A stretch of 64,000 nucleotides of DNA from a virus (IMGVR_UViG_3300010354_000044:64001-128000); one strand, 5' to 3'. Positions 15,388 through 25,430 are shown, numbered from the stretch's first letter. Notes: a model not told the origin generated them from the letters alone. Numbers and translations are program-made.

Positions 15388-15756
15388 ATGACCAAGATAC
15401 ATCGGGACAGTCGGGGGGTGCTTTACCGCCTTCCCGACCTGGAAGACGCGCACCTAGAGAATATAATCAGGCGCCTAGAGCGGGCAGCCTGTCTAGGGGT
15501 ACGTGTTAAGGTAAAGTATGGGTACACAACCGTCTATGGCGTTGAGGCTGAGCAGTATTTAGAACTCTCAAAGTACCGCGAAGAGCAGGAAAGACGGGCT
15601 AAGATAGCAAGCTTGCGTAAAAGCGTGAGCGAACTTAAGGCTGTTTTAGCAGAGAGGCCTATTCCTAATATACAGGACATCATAAGAGCCCAAGAGGAGT
15701 GGTTTACACAATACCACTTCTACTGTAACGAACCCAAGCGTGGTGCTTACCGCTAA
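15388..15756 (+). CDS. Hypothetical protein; N-terminus resembles that of 60876..61520
   Basis: SD AAGGAGG before ATG 15388; LPDLEDAHLENII vs LSNLTDNHVKNVI. Confidence 0.7.
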   Translation: MTKIHRDSRGVLYRLPDLEDAHLENIIRRLERAACLGVRVKVKYGYTTVYGVEAEQYLELSKYREEQERRAKIASLRKSVSELKAVLAERPIPNIQDIIRAQEEWFTQYHFYCNEPKRGAYR

Positions 15757-15832
15757 GGGTAACTAAAAATGACAAGGCCGCCTGTGTATCCTATACACCG
15801 GCGGTTTGATTTGTAAGCTTTAAGGAGGGTTC

Positions 15833-16108
15833 ATGGCTAAAGTATTTACGAAGGTAGTGGGGCATTGTAGCGAATGCCCTAATTACCGAAAGGCCCCCTG
15901 GGGCGGGCAGTGTCTGTCACTTGAGGTAGATATCTATCTTAAGGCAGACACAGAAATCCTAGCTGATTGCCCACTAGAAGGAGACGGGGTACAGGTACAG
16001 GTACAGGAACCCGAGACTAAAGTGCGCTCAAGGGTTGACTGGAGTAAGGTACCTAAAGTAATTGAGCCGGAAGAGTTAGACTTCCGGCAAGCCTGCGAGG
16101 ATGCGTAG
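15833..16108 (+). CDS. Small Cys-rich protein
   Basis: CSECP..C..CPL; SD AAGGAGG. Confidence 0.7.
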   Translation: MAKVFTKVVGHCSECPNYRKAPWGGQCLSLEVDIYLKADTEILADCPLEGDGVQVQVQEPETKVRSRVDWSKVPKVIEPEELDFRQACEDA

Positions 16109-17184
16109 TGATAGGCTTCATCCTGGCCCTACTAGGGAGTAGAATCCCGAACGGGCCTTTAATAGCGTTGTTCATATGCCCCTCGGCATATGACGCTATC
16201 ACCTGCTTCTTTGCAGGCCTTTACCTGAACACTCCCCGGGAGCTGATGCGCCCGGAGGAGTCCGGCAATCTGGAGCAGATGCTTGCCACAGGCGGGCGGA
16301 GGCTCCGGTTTGACGATAGGACGCTTGGCATCGCCATTGAAGTAATGGTGCATGTCAAGCTGATGATGTTCATTTTCGGTCTAGCCTTCGGAGTTTTCTT
16401 CGGCTACGTAGGCGCAGACCGGATCTATGGAATGGCGCCCTTCACCGGGGCGCTCGTTATTCTTTGGGTCATCCTGAAGAGTGACGATACGGTAAAAACC
16501 ATTATTAGCCTGGCGTTTTCAGGCGTAATGGTTTTCGCCTTAATTAAGTTGGGGTTACCTAACGCCCTGCCGGTGCTATTGCTGACTCTAAGCACGTCGC
16601 CGGCAAAAGAAGAGGAGAGCGTTGAGGTGGATGGCCTTACCGAGGTCCTCCGCTGCAAAGAGCATGCCCCGATGGATTGGCTGCTCGGCGGGATGGTTGG
16701 GCTCGTCCCTGGCCTGAACGCCAGCAACTGGGTCTGTAATTTCGGGAATTCCGATAACCGGGATAACCGATTAACGGCCCTTGCCATAGGCATATTCGCC
16801 GAGGGTATTGCCCTTGGCGTCATCATGGCCTCCCGATTTACCGGGAAGACTGCGCTTAGCCAAATGCTAAGTGATTGGCAGTTCATTCCCGGCACCACCG
16901 CGCTGCTACTCGGGCTAATCGCCTGGATGGCAGCTGCGATGCTATATCGCCGGTGGCCGCGGCTGGCGATGGCCCAGGTCCCTGGGTTAGGCCTTATTGG
17001 ACAGGTAGGGCCTCTGGCCCTGGCGGTAGTTTACGCTACTGCCAACCAATGGGCGCTCCTATTTCCAGGCAGCGGCCTAGCTGCTGCGCTGGTTATAGTA
17101 GGAGGGCTGAAGATGTTGTCAGTCTCAGTACCTGACAACATCAAACCCGTCATCGCCACCCTACCCGTCTTGGGAGGTGGGTGA
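16108..17184 (+). CDS. Polytopic membrane protein (weak TctA-like GLVPG motif)
   Basis: Many hydrophobic segments; translationally coupled to neighbours. Confidence 0.65.
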   Translation: MIGFILALLGSRIPNGPLIALFICPSAYDAITCFFAGLYLNTPRELMRPEESGNLEQMLATGGRRLRFDDRTLGIAIEVMVHVKLMMFIFGLAFGVFFGYVGADRIYGMAPFTGALVILWVILKSDDTVKTIISLAFSGVMVFALIKLGLPNALPVLLLTLSTSPAKEEESVEVDGLTEVLRCKEHAPMDWLLGGMVGLVPGLNASNWVCNFGNSDNRDNRLTALAIGIFAEGIALGVIMASRFTGKTALSQMLSDWQFIPGTTALLLGLIAWMAAAMLYRRWPRLAMAQVPGLGLIGQVGPLALAVVYATANQWALLFPGSGLAAALVIVGGLKMLSVSVPDNIKPVIATLPVLGGG

Positions 17185-17561
17185 TGAAATTAAACTTAGC
17201 TCTAGCGCTGGGGGTGCTTGTTTTTGTTGGCCGTTGCGCCGACAATCGCACCCCGATGGAGTGGGAGGTGCATAACCTAGTCGAGTGCGACCAGGATGGG
17301 TGCTTCACAGAAGGCGGCGGTCGTGTTTCTGGCCACCACCTTCAAGAAGGCCTGCAGGAGGTGCTGATACAGAAGGGGAATAACCCAACCATCCTACGCA
17401 GCTCCCCTGTCCTAGGGAAGGAACCCCTAGGTAAAGTTACCGACATAGCCCCGGCGGGGGCGGAGTACGTAGTGACTGCTAACGGTGAGCAATACATCGT
17501 GGCAGACTGCGAAAAGGGTGCACAGCTATTCAAGAAGGGGTTAACCCTCTCCTGCGAATAG
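17181..17561 (+). CDS. Putative lipoprotein/secreted protein
   Basis: Hydrophobic N-terminus ending VGRC. Confidence 0.55.
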   Translation: MMKLNLALALGVLVFVGRCADNRTPMEWEVHNLVECDQDGCFTEGGGRVSGHHLQEGLQEVLIQKGNNPTILRSSPVLGKEPLGKVTDIAPAGAEYVVTANGEQYIVADCEKGAQLFKKGLTLSCE

Positions 17562-17794
17562 TTTGTACCCGTACAAAGGGCCCCCTCCCCTACTCCCCCT
17601 AAAAGCGGCGGGTTGGGAGAGGGTACGCTCCGCCCCCACCCCTCTCCCTCCTCCTCCTAAGCCCCCCAAGGGCGGCAGGATGGTCATGATGTTTCTTTAA
17701 ACAAATCGCTGTGTCCCCCAAGGATGCGGCGGTTTGCTTTAGGGGTTTAAACCCCTAAAGCATTATCCACTTAACCAAAACGAGTCAAATCAAA

Positions 17795-18868
17795 ATGTCT
17801 AACCAAACAATCCAAACACTCAACGAACCTGAAAGCCCCGCTGTTATCGAGTTCCGGGAGTCCATGAACCGAGCCATCGGGGAATACAACAAGACCGGAA
17901 ATATCACCGAAAAATTTGAACTATTCGGCCTGCAGTGGGAATGGTATGTGCGCATTGGTAGCAACAACCAGTACTCTTTGGAATGCCAAGTAACCTATGA
18001 TCACCCCACCTTAACGGGAGAAGATGGGAAACCCCTCTCTCAATGGATCGGGGACGATACTGATAATGTCCGGGGCTCTATGATTATCGTCCCTAGAAAG
18101 CAGGGCTCTACGTTTACTGGGGAGTTTTACTATGGAGTAAACTTCTTCTACCGCAATGGTGACTTCTTTAACGGCGTTCGCGATGCTCTATATGGTTATA
18201 AGAGCCTGCACGCTGTTAATAAGCTAGCCGTGCGCCATCCCTTTAAGGCACTGGGGAATTCTGCTGTACAGGGTGAAATGCGTGAGGCTGCTCGGAAAAT
18301 GGTGGCCGCTAAAAACGAAGAACAGCAGCATAAAACCGTCACGACAGTGACTGGGGCCGATGGCTCTGAAATAGTGATCAGCTACACCCAGGTTTCCATC
18401 GGGAAGTTTGGGTTGTACATAAATGTCAGCAATAAGGGGGCTGTCGTAGTGCACTCTGCCAATGGCGGAGAGAACTACACGGTGCTTAACCTTATTGGGG
18501 GGCGCCCTGACCACTTGGACACCGTTCTCCGTAATGACGCCACTACCCTGGTACTGGAGTTGAGTGCCTACATTGCCGTAGGCAATGAACTGCTGACTGT
18601 CCGAGAGCTATTCAAAGGCAAGGAATTCGCCAACGACGCCTGTCGGGACTGGTTCTACCAGAATATGGCCGAGCTTATCTCCAAGGCGTTGCGACATGGT
18701 CCCATGCGCGCAGCGGTGACTCCTGCTATGCTCCATCCACAATACATTCGGTGTGAGTACACCGAACCTCGCATCGGCGGTAACAGCACCGAGCAGTTGC
18801 AGCCGCTTGATACTTTGCAAGTCGCTAACGCGATTCCTCAGGTCAGCGATGCGCTGAGCAACGCCTAA
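17795..18868 (+). CDS. Hypothetical protein, 357 aa
   Basis: Long ORF behind the last class II hairpin. Confidence 0.8.
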   Translation: MSNQTIQTLNEPESPAVIEFRESMNRAIGEYNKTGNITEKFELFGLQWEWYVRIGSNNQYSLECQVTYDHPTLTGEDGKPLSQWIGDDTDNVRGSMIIVPRKQGSTFTGEFYYGVNFFYRNGDFFNGVRDALYGYKSLHAVNKLAVRHPFKALGNSAVQGEMREAARKMVAAKNEEQQHKTVTTVTGADGSEIVISYTQVSIGKFGLYINVSNKGAVVVHSANGGENYTVLNLIGGRPDHLDTVLRNDATTLVLELSAYIAVGNELLTVRELFKGKEFANDACRDWFYQNMAELISKALRHGPMRAAVTPAMLHPQYIRCEYTEPRIGGNSTEQLQPLDTLQVANAIPQVSDALSNA

Positions 18869-18916
18869 TCCCATAGGGCCTGTGTCTTCATAGGCCCTAG
18901 CTCGTTTTCTCCTAGC

Positions 18917-18962
18917 GGAGCCGGTTACCGTACCCAGGTATAGTAACCGGCTCCTTTTTTTC
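18917..18962 (+). terminator. Intrinsic terminator closing the early block
   Basis: GGAGCCGGTTAC...GTAACCGGCTCC followed by a T run. Confidence 0.85.
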
Positions 18963-19011
18963 TATTAAAAATATCAGGTAATTTTTTATTAGAACGAGGC
19001 GTTATTAAAGT

Positions 19012-19985
19012 AACAGCCCCACATCCTCACCCATCTCCACATCCTCCACTAACAGCCCCACCCTCAACCCCATAGCTATAACCCCAACAGCCCCACCCTC
19101 CCCCACATCCGACTCCGACAGCCCCACCACATCTCAAATATCCCAAGGGGCTATCTTGCGGATTAAGCAATTTACCCCCTATAGGCGAAACGAGACTATC
19201 CGTAACGATATTGAAAAATCGCTACTGTATTAGCCATATCGGAGGTGCCCGGGTTGCGGTTTCTAAGTCTGTAAATGGAGGGTAGGAGGCTAGAGGAAGG
19301 AGTTATTCAGGGGGAAGAGGGTGGAGTAACTCTCTTTAGGGGAACATTCGGTGTAAAAACCGGAAAAAGTAGGGGCAAAAGAGGGTTAGAAGGGGTTTAG
19401 AAGAGGGGCGATGTTGCGGATTCCGCATTTTACCCCCTATACAGAAACGCGACTATCCGTAACGATATTGGAAAATCGCTACGGTATTGGTGATTTGGAG
19501 GATGTTCAGGTTGCGGATAACGGTGGGAGGAATCCCCCTCTCCCCCACTCCCCCTAAATCCGGCGGCCTGAAAGTCACTTCAAGTTGACCACATTTGTGA
19601 TATTTATGTGTGGTTTTATGAAGAGCATAAGGCCAACAGGCGGGTTAAAGCGGTCGGTGGTTCTCCGATAGGTAAGACTTTAAAGACCTAAGGGCACAAT
19701 TGAATAAATTGATACACCTGAATAGGGTGTATATAGGTGGAATTACGCAAAAATGGCATTTTTTTGCCATGGCAAATTCCCCCCTCTTATGTTGCACACT
19801 TTCCGCCCCTCCACCCACGAATCCTCGTTAATCGCTTCATACGGGAGTGGGTTCAATCGCTATCTTAGCAAAAGCATCGCTACGGGCTAGGTTCAATCGC
19901 TATCTGGATTGAATACATATTTTGGTGCGATCGCTGACTGTGTGCGGGTTTAATCGCTGTCGGCATGCGGCTACGATCGCTGGTT
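19012..19985. repeat. Non-coding repeat region: 4x ACAGCCCCAC, ~100-bp direct repeat (19156-19259 / 19414-19516), ATCGCT cluster (19830-19982)
   Basis: Read directly; no ORF of 60 aa or more between 18874 and 20111. Confidence 0.85.
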
Positions 19986-20155
19986 CAGAGTGATTGTTTT
20001 AGTATTAAGCTATAATCTAGGAGTGGAGAAAATTATCCGCGCCTCTGGTATCTAAGCTAAAAAATAGGGCTTTTTCACCTATATTAAGGGCAATATAGTA
20101 TTGCCAACCGATGGCCCCGGGTTGCCTGGGAGTCCCTGTATTAATCTCTTGTACT

Positions 20156-20755
20156 ATGAAAACACAAACTGCCACCGGGGGTAAGGATTACCCCCTTCTA
20201 AACTTTGAACAATTTGAACGCCTAATATGGGGTTTTTTCTCTGAGTATAATAGCCGCCAGTTCACCACTAACGACGGCCTGTTTTCGTGTGCGTTATTTA
20301 ACGCCTCAGAGGTAGGCACGTGCCCAGACAGCATTGTCACTTACTCGGCTATTACAGGTAAGTGGTACCTGCATATTCTTTCCGGCGAGTTCAAAGCCTC
20401 CGAGGGGGATTCTCTTACGGAAGCAATGACTACTGAAATGCTCAAAGGTCTTGGTATTTCTTTTCCAAGTAAGGAAAGGGATATTAGGCCCGCTGGGCGG
20501 GATTCTCAGGCGCATACCTTTGAGCAATTTGAGTTTTTGCTTGATTTCGTTCTGTCTTTTAATAAAGACAAGGACCACTGCGAGTTTGTTAATAAGCAGC
20601 AACTATTCTCATGTGCGGTGTCTCCAACTTATCCCTACTCAGGCACACCCCGGGAGGCTATTGTCACTTATTCTACGAGTACTCAAAAATGGTATCTGCA
20701 TACCTTTTTTGATGGGTTTAAGGCCTTTGAAGGAGATAATCTTGGTGAAATGTAA
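20156..20755 (+). CDS. Hypothetical protein with two tandem copies of a ~75-aa domain
   Basis: FEQFE..LFSCA..IVTYS..KWYLH..FKA.EGD.L occurs twice; start uncertain. Confidence 0.7.
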   Translation: MKTQTATGGKDYPLLNFEQFERLIWGFFSEYNSRQFTTNDGLFSCALFNASEVGTCPDSIVTYSAITGKWYLHILSGEFKASEGDSLTEAMTTEMLKGLGISFPSKERDIRPAGRDSQAHTFEQFEFLLDFVLSFNKDKDHCEFVNKQQLFSCAVSPTYPYSGTPREAIVTYSTSTQKWYLHTFFDGFKAFEGDNLGEM

Positions 20756-20823
20756 AGCCCCTGGGCTACCTCCGTAGGGGCCATTCAGTTGCTGAGGTGT
20801 TCTTAATCTTTTTTTTATAAGCT

Positions 20824-21141
20824 ATGGGAAACGAAGTTAAATCCAGTACCTACACGTTTAGGCAGTTTAAGGCCCTAGTAGACGCAAAGATAGGTCGCTA
20901 TTACGACGACTACCGCTTCACATCAGCGAATAGTGTGTTTGCTGCCCAATTATGGAATAGTCCCAGTGTATACATAAATGAGGATACGTGCATTATAGTA
21001 CCGGATATTACCATTACGTACTCCTTGAGTACGGGTAAATGGTACTTGCACAATACGTTTGACGGTTTTTCTGTTTCTGAAGGAAACTCTCTTGAAGAAG
21101 TGCTGCCTGGGCATTCTCATAAAACTAATGAGGAAAACTGA
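20824..21141 (+). CDS. Single-domain paralogue of the preceding gene
   Basis: ITYSLSTGKWYLHNTFDGFSVSEGNSLEE. Confidence 0.75.
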   Translation: MGNEVKSSTYTFRQFKALVDAKIGRYYDDYRFTSANSVFAAQLWNSPSVYINEDTCIIVPDITITYSLSTGKWYLHNTFDGFSVSEGNSLEEVLPGHSHKTNEEN

Positions 21142-21146
21142 GCGCT

Positions 21147-21926
21147 ATGGAAATAAAGATTCAGGGGTTTTACGGCTCCACGATGCTTTATATGCAATTC
21201 GTTCGTGGGGGGACCTTTCTCATGGGCTCTCCTTTAGCGGAGCCTGAGCGTGGAAGGGATGAAGGCCCGCAGCATGAGGTAAGCATACCGGCGTTCTCAA
21301 TAGGTAAATACGCGGTTACCAATGCTCAGTGGCGAGCTATGGCAAGTTTAACCCCCGTAAACTTTAAGTTAGACCCCGACCCTTCTTTCTTTAAGGCAGC
21401 CAATTGTCCGGTACAGAACATCTCTTGGTATGAAGCTATGGAGTTCTGCGCCCGGTTGTCTCGTCTTACCGATAAGTTGTACACATTACCCAGCGAAGCC
21501 CAATGGGAATATGCTTGCCGCGCCGGTACTACTACAGCATTTCATTTCGGCGGAAGTATACATACTGAGCAAGTTAACTGTGTAGGTAAGGCCCCGGAGT
21601 GGTGTAAAAACAAGGGGCAGATAAAATCAAGAGAGCGCCCCCTTATTGCAGGCTGTTTCCCTCCTAATGACTTTGGTCTTTACGATATGCACGGCAATGT
21701 ATGGGAGTGGTGCTTGGACTATTATCATGACAATTACGAGGGCGTGCCTACTGATGGCAGTGCGTGGGTTGATATCAACGCTGAGCAAGATAAGCCCCGA
21801 GTTCTTCGCGGCGGTTCCTGGCTAAACCTTAGTCAGTATTGCCGTTCGGCTTTTCGGGGTTGTAGTAAGCCTAGTACTAATAATTATTCGGGTGATATAG
21901 GCTTTCGTGTCGTAACAGAGGAGTGA
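21147..21926 (+). CDS. FGE-sulfatase (SUMF1, CLec-fold) domain protein 1
   Basis: FLMGS, LPSEAQWEYACRAG, FGLYDMHGNVWEWC, RGGSW, GFRVV. Confidence 0.92.
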   Translation: MEIKIQGFYGSTMLYMQFVRGGTFLMGSPLAEPERGRDEGPQHEVSIPAFSIGKYAVTNAQWRAMASLTPVNFKLDPDPSFFKAANCPVQNISWYEAMEFCARLSRLTDKLYTLPSEAQWEYACRAGTTTAFHFGGSIHTEQVNCVGKAPEWCKNKGQIKSRERPLIAGCFPPNDFGLYDMHGNVWEWCLDYYHDNYEGVPTDGSAWVDINAEQDKPRVLRGGSWLNLSQYCRSAFRGCSKPSTNNYSGDIGFRVVTEE

Positions 21927-22294
21927 AAACCATGGCTGCCAAAAGTTTAGACCTTAAGTCGTTTGCTACTGAGGTAAACCGGGCGTTGCAACACTTTGCG
22001 CCTGCGTGGTTAGAGGGTGAGTATGAAGGGAACGACTCATATTATTTTTATAAGAAGGGTGATCTACGCATTACTTACTTCGGCTGTTACTCCAGCTGTG
22101 CTCAAGTGAGGTGGAACGGGTGTGAATATAAAAAGCCTGCTATATGGAGCGCTATTGCCGAATGGTATTTCGAGAATAAAGATGTTGTAACGGCCAAAAC
22201 TGACGACAACAGCCAAGTTGGATTTAACGTGCACAGCCAAGATTTATGGGCTGAACTTTTCCGCGAGAGGCATGGGGAATATCCTCATCCCTAA
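21923..22294 (+). CDS. Hypothetical protein; paralogous to C-half of 54231..54746
   Basis: VNRALQHFAPAWLEGEY vs VNEALERFAPEFLRGTY. Confidence 0.7.
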   Translation: MKTMAAKSLDLKSFATEVNRALQHFAPAWLEGEYEGNDSYYFYKKGDLRITYFGCYSSCAQVRWNGCEYKKPAIWSAIAEWYFENKDVVTAKTDDNSQVGFNVHSQDLWAELFRERHGEYPHP

Positions 22295-22393
22295 ATGGCC
22301 GTGAATAAAGCAACGTCTGAGCGCATCGTCTATGATAAGGGCGAAGACGTTCTGAGTAGGTAGAGTTTTACCCTAGTAATTTTTAGGTAACCG

Positions 22394-22819
22394 ATGATGC
22401 ACATGACTTTTGAAAGCTTTCAAGATTTTGTTAAGGCTCGTTACCCTCAGGCTAAGAATTTTCATGAACTTGATGGCTACTCTTGCGTAGTCAAAGGTGA
22501 GCACAACACTGATTCTATAAATTACAGCAATTGTATTGGCTGGTATGTTGCTCGGGTAACCGCTGAGGAATCCTATAGAGGTACGGGCCCTACCTTAGAT
22601 TCAGCTATTAAAAACCTACAACTTACCTTTACAAGCCCTGTACCAACGCCAGGAGGTACCAGAGATATCCAGAAGATTCTTGAATGTCTGGATGCATTCA
22701 CGACAACTGTGGTAGAAGTATTAGACGCCGCTGGTTACGGTAACCAATACTTGAACGCTACATTAGCGGAATTAAATAAGGCAATTACCGACTATGACCG
22801 GCGTCAAAGCAAAGACTAA
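22394..22819 (+). CDS. Hypothetical protein; paralogue of 22879..23178
   Basis: FE.FQD.V...YP.A..F..YSCVVK..G.TL..A..NLQ shared. Confidence 0.75.
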   Translation: MMHMTFESFQDFVKARYPQAKNFHELDGYSCVVKGEHNTDSINYSNCIGWYVARVTAEESYRGTGPTLDSAIKNLQLTFTSPVPTPGGTRDIQKILECLDAFTTTVVEVLDAAGYGNQYLNATLAELNKAITDYDRRQSKD

Positions 22820-22878
22820 CTGCCACTACTAAAAGCTGCTAGGGTGCAGACCGCTGTAAATATCTAGAGGATTGAACG

Positions 22879-23178
22879 ATGAAAATAAGTTTTGAAACGT
22901 TTCAGGATACTGTCAGGCGAGTGTATCCACACGCTGAGGGTTTTACTAATAGCGATCGCTGGATTCCAGCCAATTATTCTTGTGTAGTTAAGAACCTGCA
23001 CAGTGCTGAATTTATTAGCTACAACCCTCCTTCTGGGTTGTGGTTCGTGCACCGGGAGACCTCTGGAGGTTCATATGATGGAAGTGGTCTCACCTTAGAG
23101 CTTGCCTTGAATAATTTACAGTGGCAAGACTCCACCATTACTATGGAGTTTCAGGACGGTCTGCTGGTAAATGATTAA
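22879..23178 (+). CDS. Hypothetical protein; paralogue of 22394..22819
   Basis: As above. Confidence 0.75.
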   Translation: MKISFETFQDTVRRVYPHAEGFTNSDRWIPANYSCVVKNLHSAEFISYNPPSGLWFVHRETSGGSYDGSGLTLELALNNLQWQDSTITMEFQDGLLVND

Positions 23179-23305
23179 TCCGGACAGAGTCTAATGCCGG
23201 GTTATGTGGCCTAAGCCTATTGTGTACCCTAGCGTCTTCATTGTCGCTGGGGTACCCTAGGAAAAGCTTAAAATATAATAAGAACACCACTCGCGGAGGT
23301 CGGTA

Positions 23306-23617
23306 ATGGACGGCGTTGATAAGAATGAATTTGCCACAGACTTAGAAAAATTGCAGCGAATTATGTGGAAGTCCCCTCTTGATTACATAGTCAGGAATAA
23401 CCACCTAGAGTTCCTAGAAGAACTGGCGGAGTGTGCTGCAGAGGTGGCTCAGAAGGCATCCGTGTTATCATCTGCGATCCGTAATGAGCCGGCCCAAGGC
23501 GCTTCTATCTCCTACCCTGTAGGGGATGGGAGCGGCGGTGGCACTTATTCCGTACCGATTTCCGCAGAATCTCAAGAGGAGATTGATCGTCTTAGAGATA
23601 ACTGGGATGTGCGCTAA
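23306..23617 (+). CDS. Hypothetical protein
   Basis: SD GGAGGT. Confidence 0.7.
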   Translation: MDGVDKNEFATDLEKLQRIMWKSPLDYIVRNNHLEFLEELAECAAEVAQKASVLSSAIRNEPAQGASISYPVGDGSGGGTYSVPISAESQEEIDRLRDNWDVR

Positions 23618-23940
23618 TGTCTGACTATTCGTTGGATCAGCTGACTGATATGATTTTTAAAAAAGAGGTTGAAATCGCCGCCCTTAAGGCCAACCTAGCA
23701 CAACTGCATCGGTCTGAGTTAGGACTTCGTATGATGGTTGAGGACGAGCTCCCGGAAATTAAAAACGAGAAACGGCGCCAGCTTGCAATCCATAACGAGC
23801 TTCTTGCTACACAGGACTATACTGATGTGCAAAACGCAATTGCAAAAAAAACTTTAGAGTTAGAGTTGGCACAAGCGCAGCTGAATTTTCTGAAAAATAC
23901 CTTTGAGGTAGAAAAGCTAAAGTTAAAAAATAATGAGTGA
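23617..23940 (+). CDS. Coiled-coil protein
   Basis: Heptad pattern; coupled start/stop overlap. Confidence 0.7.
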   Translation: MSDYSLDQLTDMIFKKEVEIAALKANLAQLHRSELGLRMMVEDELPEIKNEKRRQLAIHNELLATQDYTDVQNAIAKKTLELELAQAQLNFLKNTFEVEKLKLKNNE

Positions 23941-24640
23941 GTTTATAATGAAAAGATTTAGACTCCTACAGAAAACAGTCGCCGAGCATGCATTTGATGA
24001 TTGTTTTAATATGGGGATATACATTGGTTCAGTTCCATCACTCAAGCTAGAAGGCGAGGCATTTACTTGTCTTTGCTTGGCTGGTTTTTCTACAGCCTAT
24101 GCCTTAGGTGAGTCAGACCCCAGCTATTTACCTACGGCTGATAACTTAGTGGGTTATGGACTCTATGCAAAACTTGCCAAAGCTAGGGATGAATACTATG
24201 AGCTTCAGGGGCAAGTATGTAGGGAGTCGGATAATCCAATTACCGTAAACTTTTTCATACGCCACGCCTCAGAGTGGTTGGGAATTCCTTATCATAGCCA
24301 ACTATGGACTACTTTTGAGTGGCCTAAACCGTTTGGCTATCTGTATGACCACTTTGAAAAGGCAAGGCCCACAATTAAGAGTCTATACTTAGAGTCTCGG
24401 TCTCAATGCCTCTATGAGGTTTTTCAGCTTCCTGGTACTTACTTTAGAGCCCTTGCTGGGTGTCTAGCTCTCCAGATTTATATGGAGTGTACGCCTGCCG
24501 AAGACTGGTCTACAAAGGTAGCTGACGTTGGCTGTGCGGACGCTCTGGCTCAGGTCTTCACGGAGTACTCTGGGTTTATTGATAAGTTTGAATCAATGGC
24601 CGCTAACACGCCGGGGGCTAAGCCTTTTCTGGTAAAGTAA
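23933..24640 (+). CDS. Hypothetical protein
   Basis: Coupled ORF in operon. Confidence 0.7.
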   Translation: MSEFIMKRFRLLQKTVAEHAFDDCFNMGIYIGSVPSLKLEGEAFTCLCLAGFSTAYALGESDPSYLPTADNLVGYGLYAKLAKARDEYYELQGQVCRESDNPITVNFFIRHASEWLGIPYHSQLWTTFEWPKPFGYLYDHFEKARPTIKSLYLESRSQCLYEVFQLPGTYFRALAGCLALQIYMECTPAEDWSTKVADVGCADALAQVFTEYSGFIDKFESMAANTPGAKPFLVK

Positions 24641-24657
24641 AAGATTATAAAAGGATT

Positions 24658-25140
24658 ATGAAAAAGTATATTACCGGGCGCGAACTCAAAGAAATGTTTG
24701 AAAAGGGCCTGCCTCTTACTATTGAGATAGCACCCGAACGGGTGTTGACTCAACAAGATGAGTGGCAGGAAAACTACTTGTGTTACGACACAGACTTTTC
24801 CCCTAGGATGAGGGCTGACGTAATAAACGTTAAGAGTGATGATGAACTCTTAGAGTTAGTGTTAGACCTGTCTAATTGGGAATCTTATAACAACAGGTTT
24901 GACCTCCCTAACCATACAGAAGGGGAACACGTAGATTTGAAATGGTGTGAAACTAAACGTTACAAGAAATTCTATAATGGACATACTATTATTAGGACGA
25001 GCATTTATGCTGCCCTAGACACCACCCACGAATTTACCTTAGTCGGGAACGCCGCCCAAGAGCTGCATCAAAAGTTTTTGGAGTCCAGCCATCCAAATTA
25101 TGTCCAATGGTTGGAAAGTCAGATAGGTGAGTGTTCTTAA
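24658..25140 (+). CDS. Hypothetical protein
   Basis: C-terminal HPNYVQWLE motif recurs in small ORF 25200..25379 (HPDYVRWLE). Confidence 0.7.
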   Translation: MKKYITGRELKEMFEKGLPLTIEIAPERVLTQQDEWQENYLCYDTDFSPRMRADVINVKSDDELLELVLDLSNWESYNNRFDLPNHTEGEHVDLKWCETKRYKKFYNGHTIIRTSIYAALDTTHEFTLVGNAAQELHQKFLESSHPNYVQWLESQIGECS

Positions 25141-25390
25141 AGTCACTTGAACATTAAGTCTGCCCCTTAATTACCTAATCCACGTTTATAAAAGAATTCA
25201 TGGAAAATCCTATTACAGGGCATAAGCTAAGAATTGAGTTTGAAATATTGCGGCTTCATAGAAGGTTCTATAGGTCAGGCCACCCGGATTATGTCAGATG
25301 GCTAGAGGAGCAGGTACTTCAATTAGAAAAGCGAACAAGTGAGCTAGAGAAAGAAGCAGACCATCTAGCCGCGCAGTAGAACTCGTATAT

Positions 25391-25430
25391 ACAAAAGCCC
25401 GGTGCTTGTATTAACCACCGGGCTTTTGTG
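25391..25430 (+). terminator. Probable bidirectional intrinsic terminator
   Basis: ACAAAAGCCCGGTG...CACCGGGCTTTTGT. Confidence 0.7.

Larger units (their letters stand above)
10883..17740 (+). repeat. Class II intergenic hairpin family, 11 copies (10883, 11209, 11679, 12261, 13305, 13777, 14133, 14543, 15331, 15778, 17702)
   Basis: Each is AAACyGCCG-variable stem-loop-CGGCrGTTTGATTT (or close variant) a short distance upstream of an SD/ATG. Confidence 0.9.

Noticed and set aside
10883-17740. Class II hairpins as a CRISPR array or integron attC sites
   Set aside because: Spacers are whole genes of variable length, repeats are not identical, and no cas or integrase gene is present; only one copy (GTTAGAT) fits the attC GTTRRRY core
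12194-22958. HIP1 (GCGATCGC) enrichment
   Set aside because: Only about three copies noticed (near 12194, 19928, 22951), too few to claim enrichment
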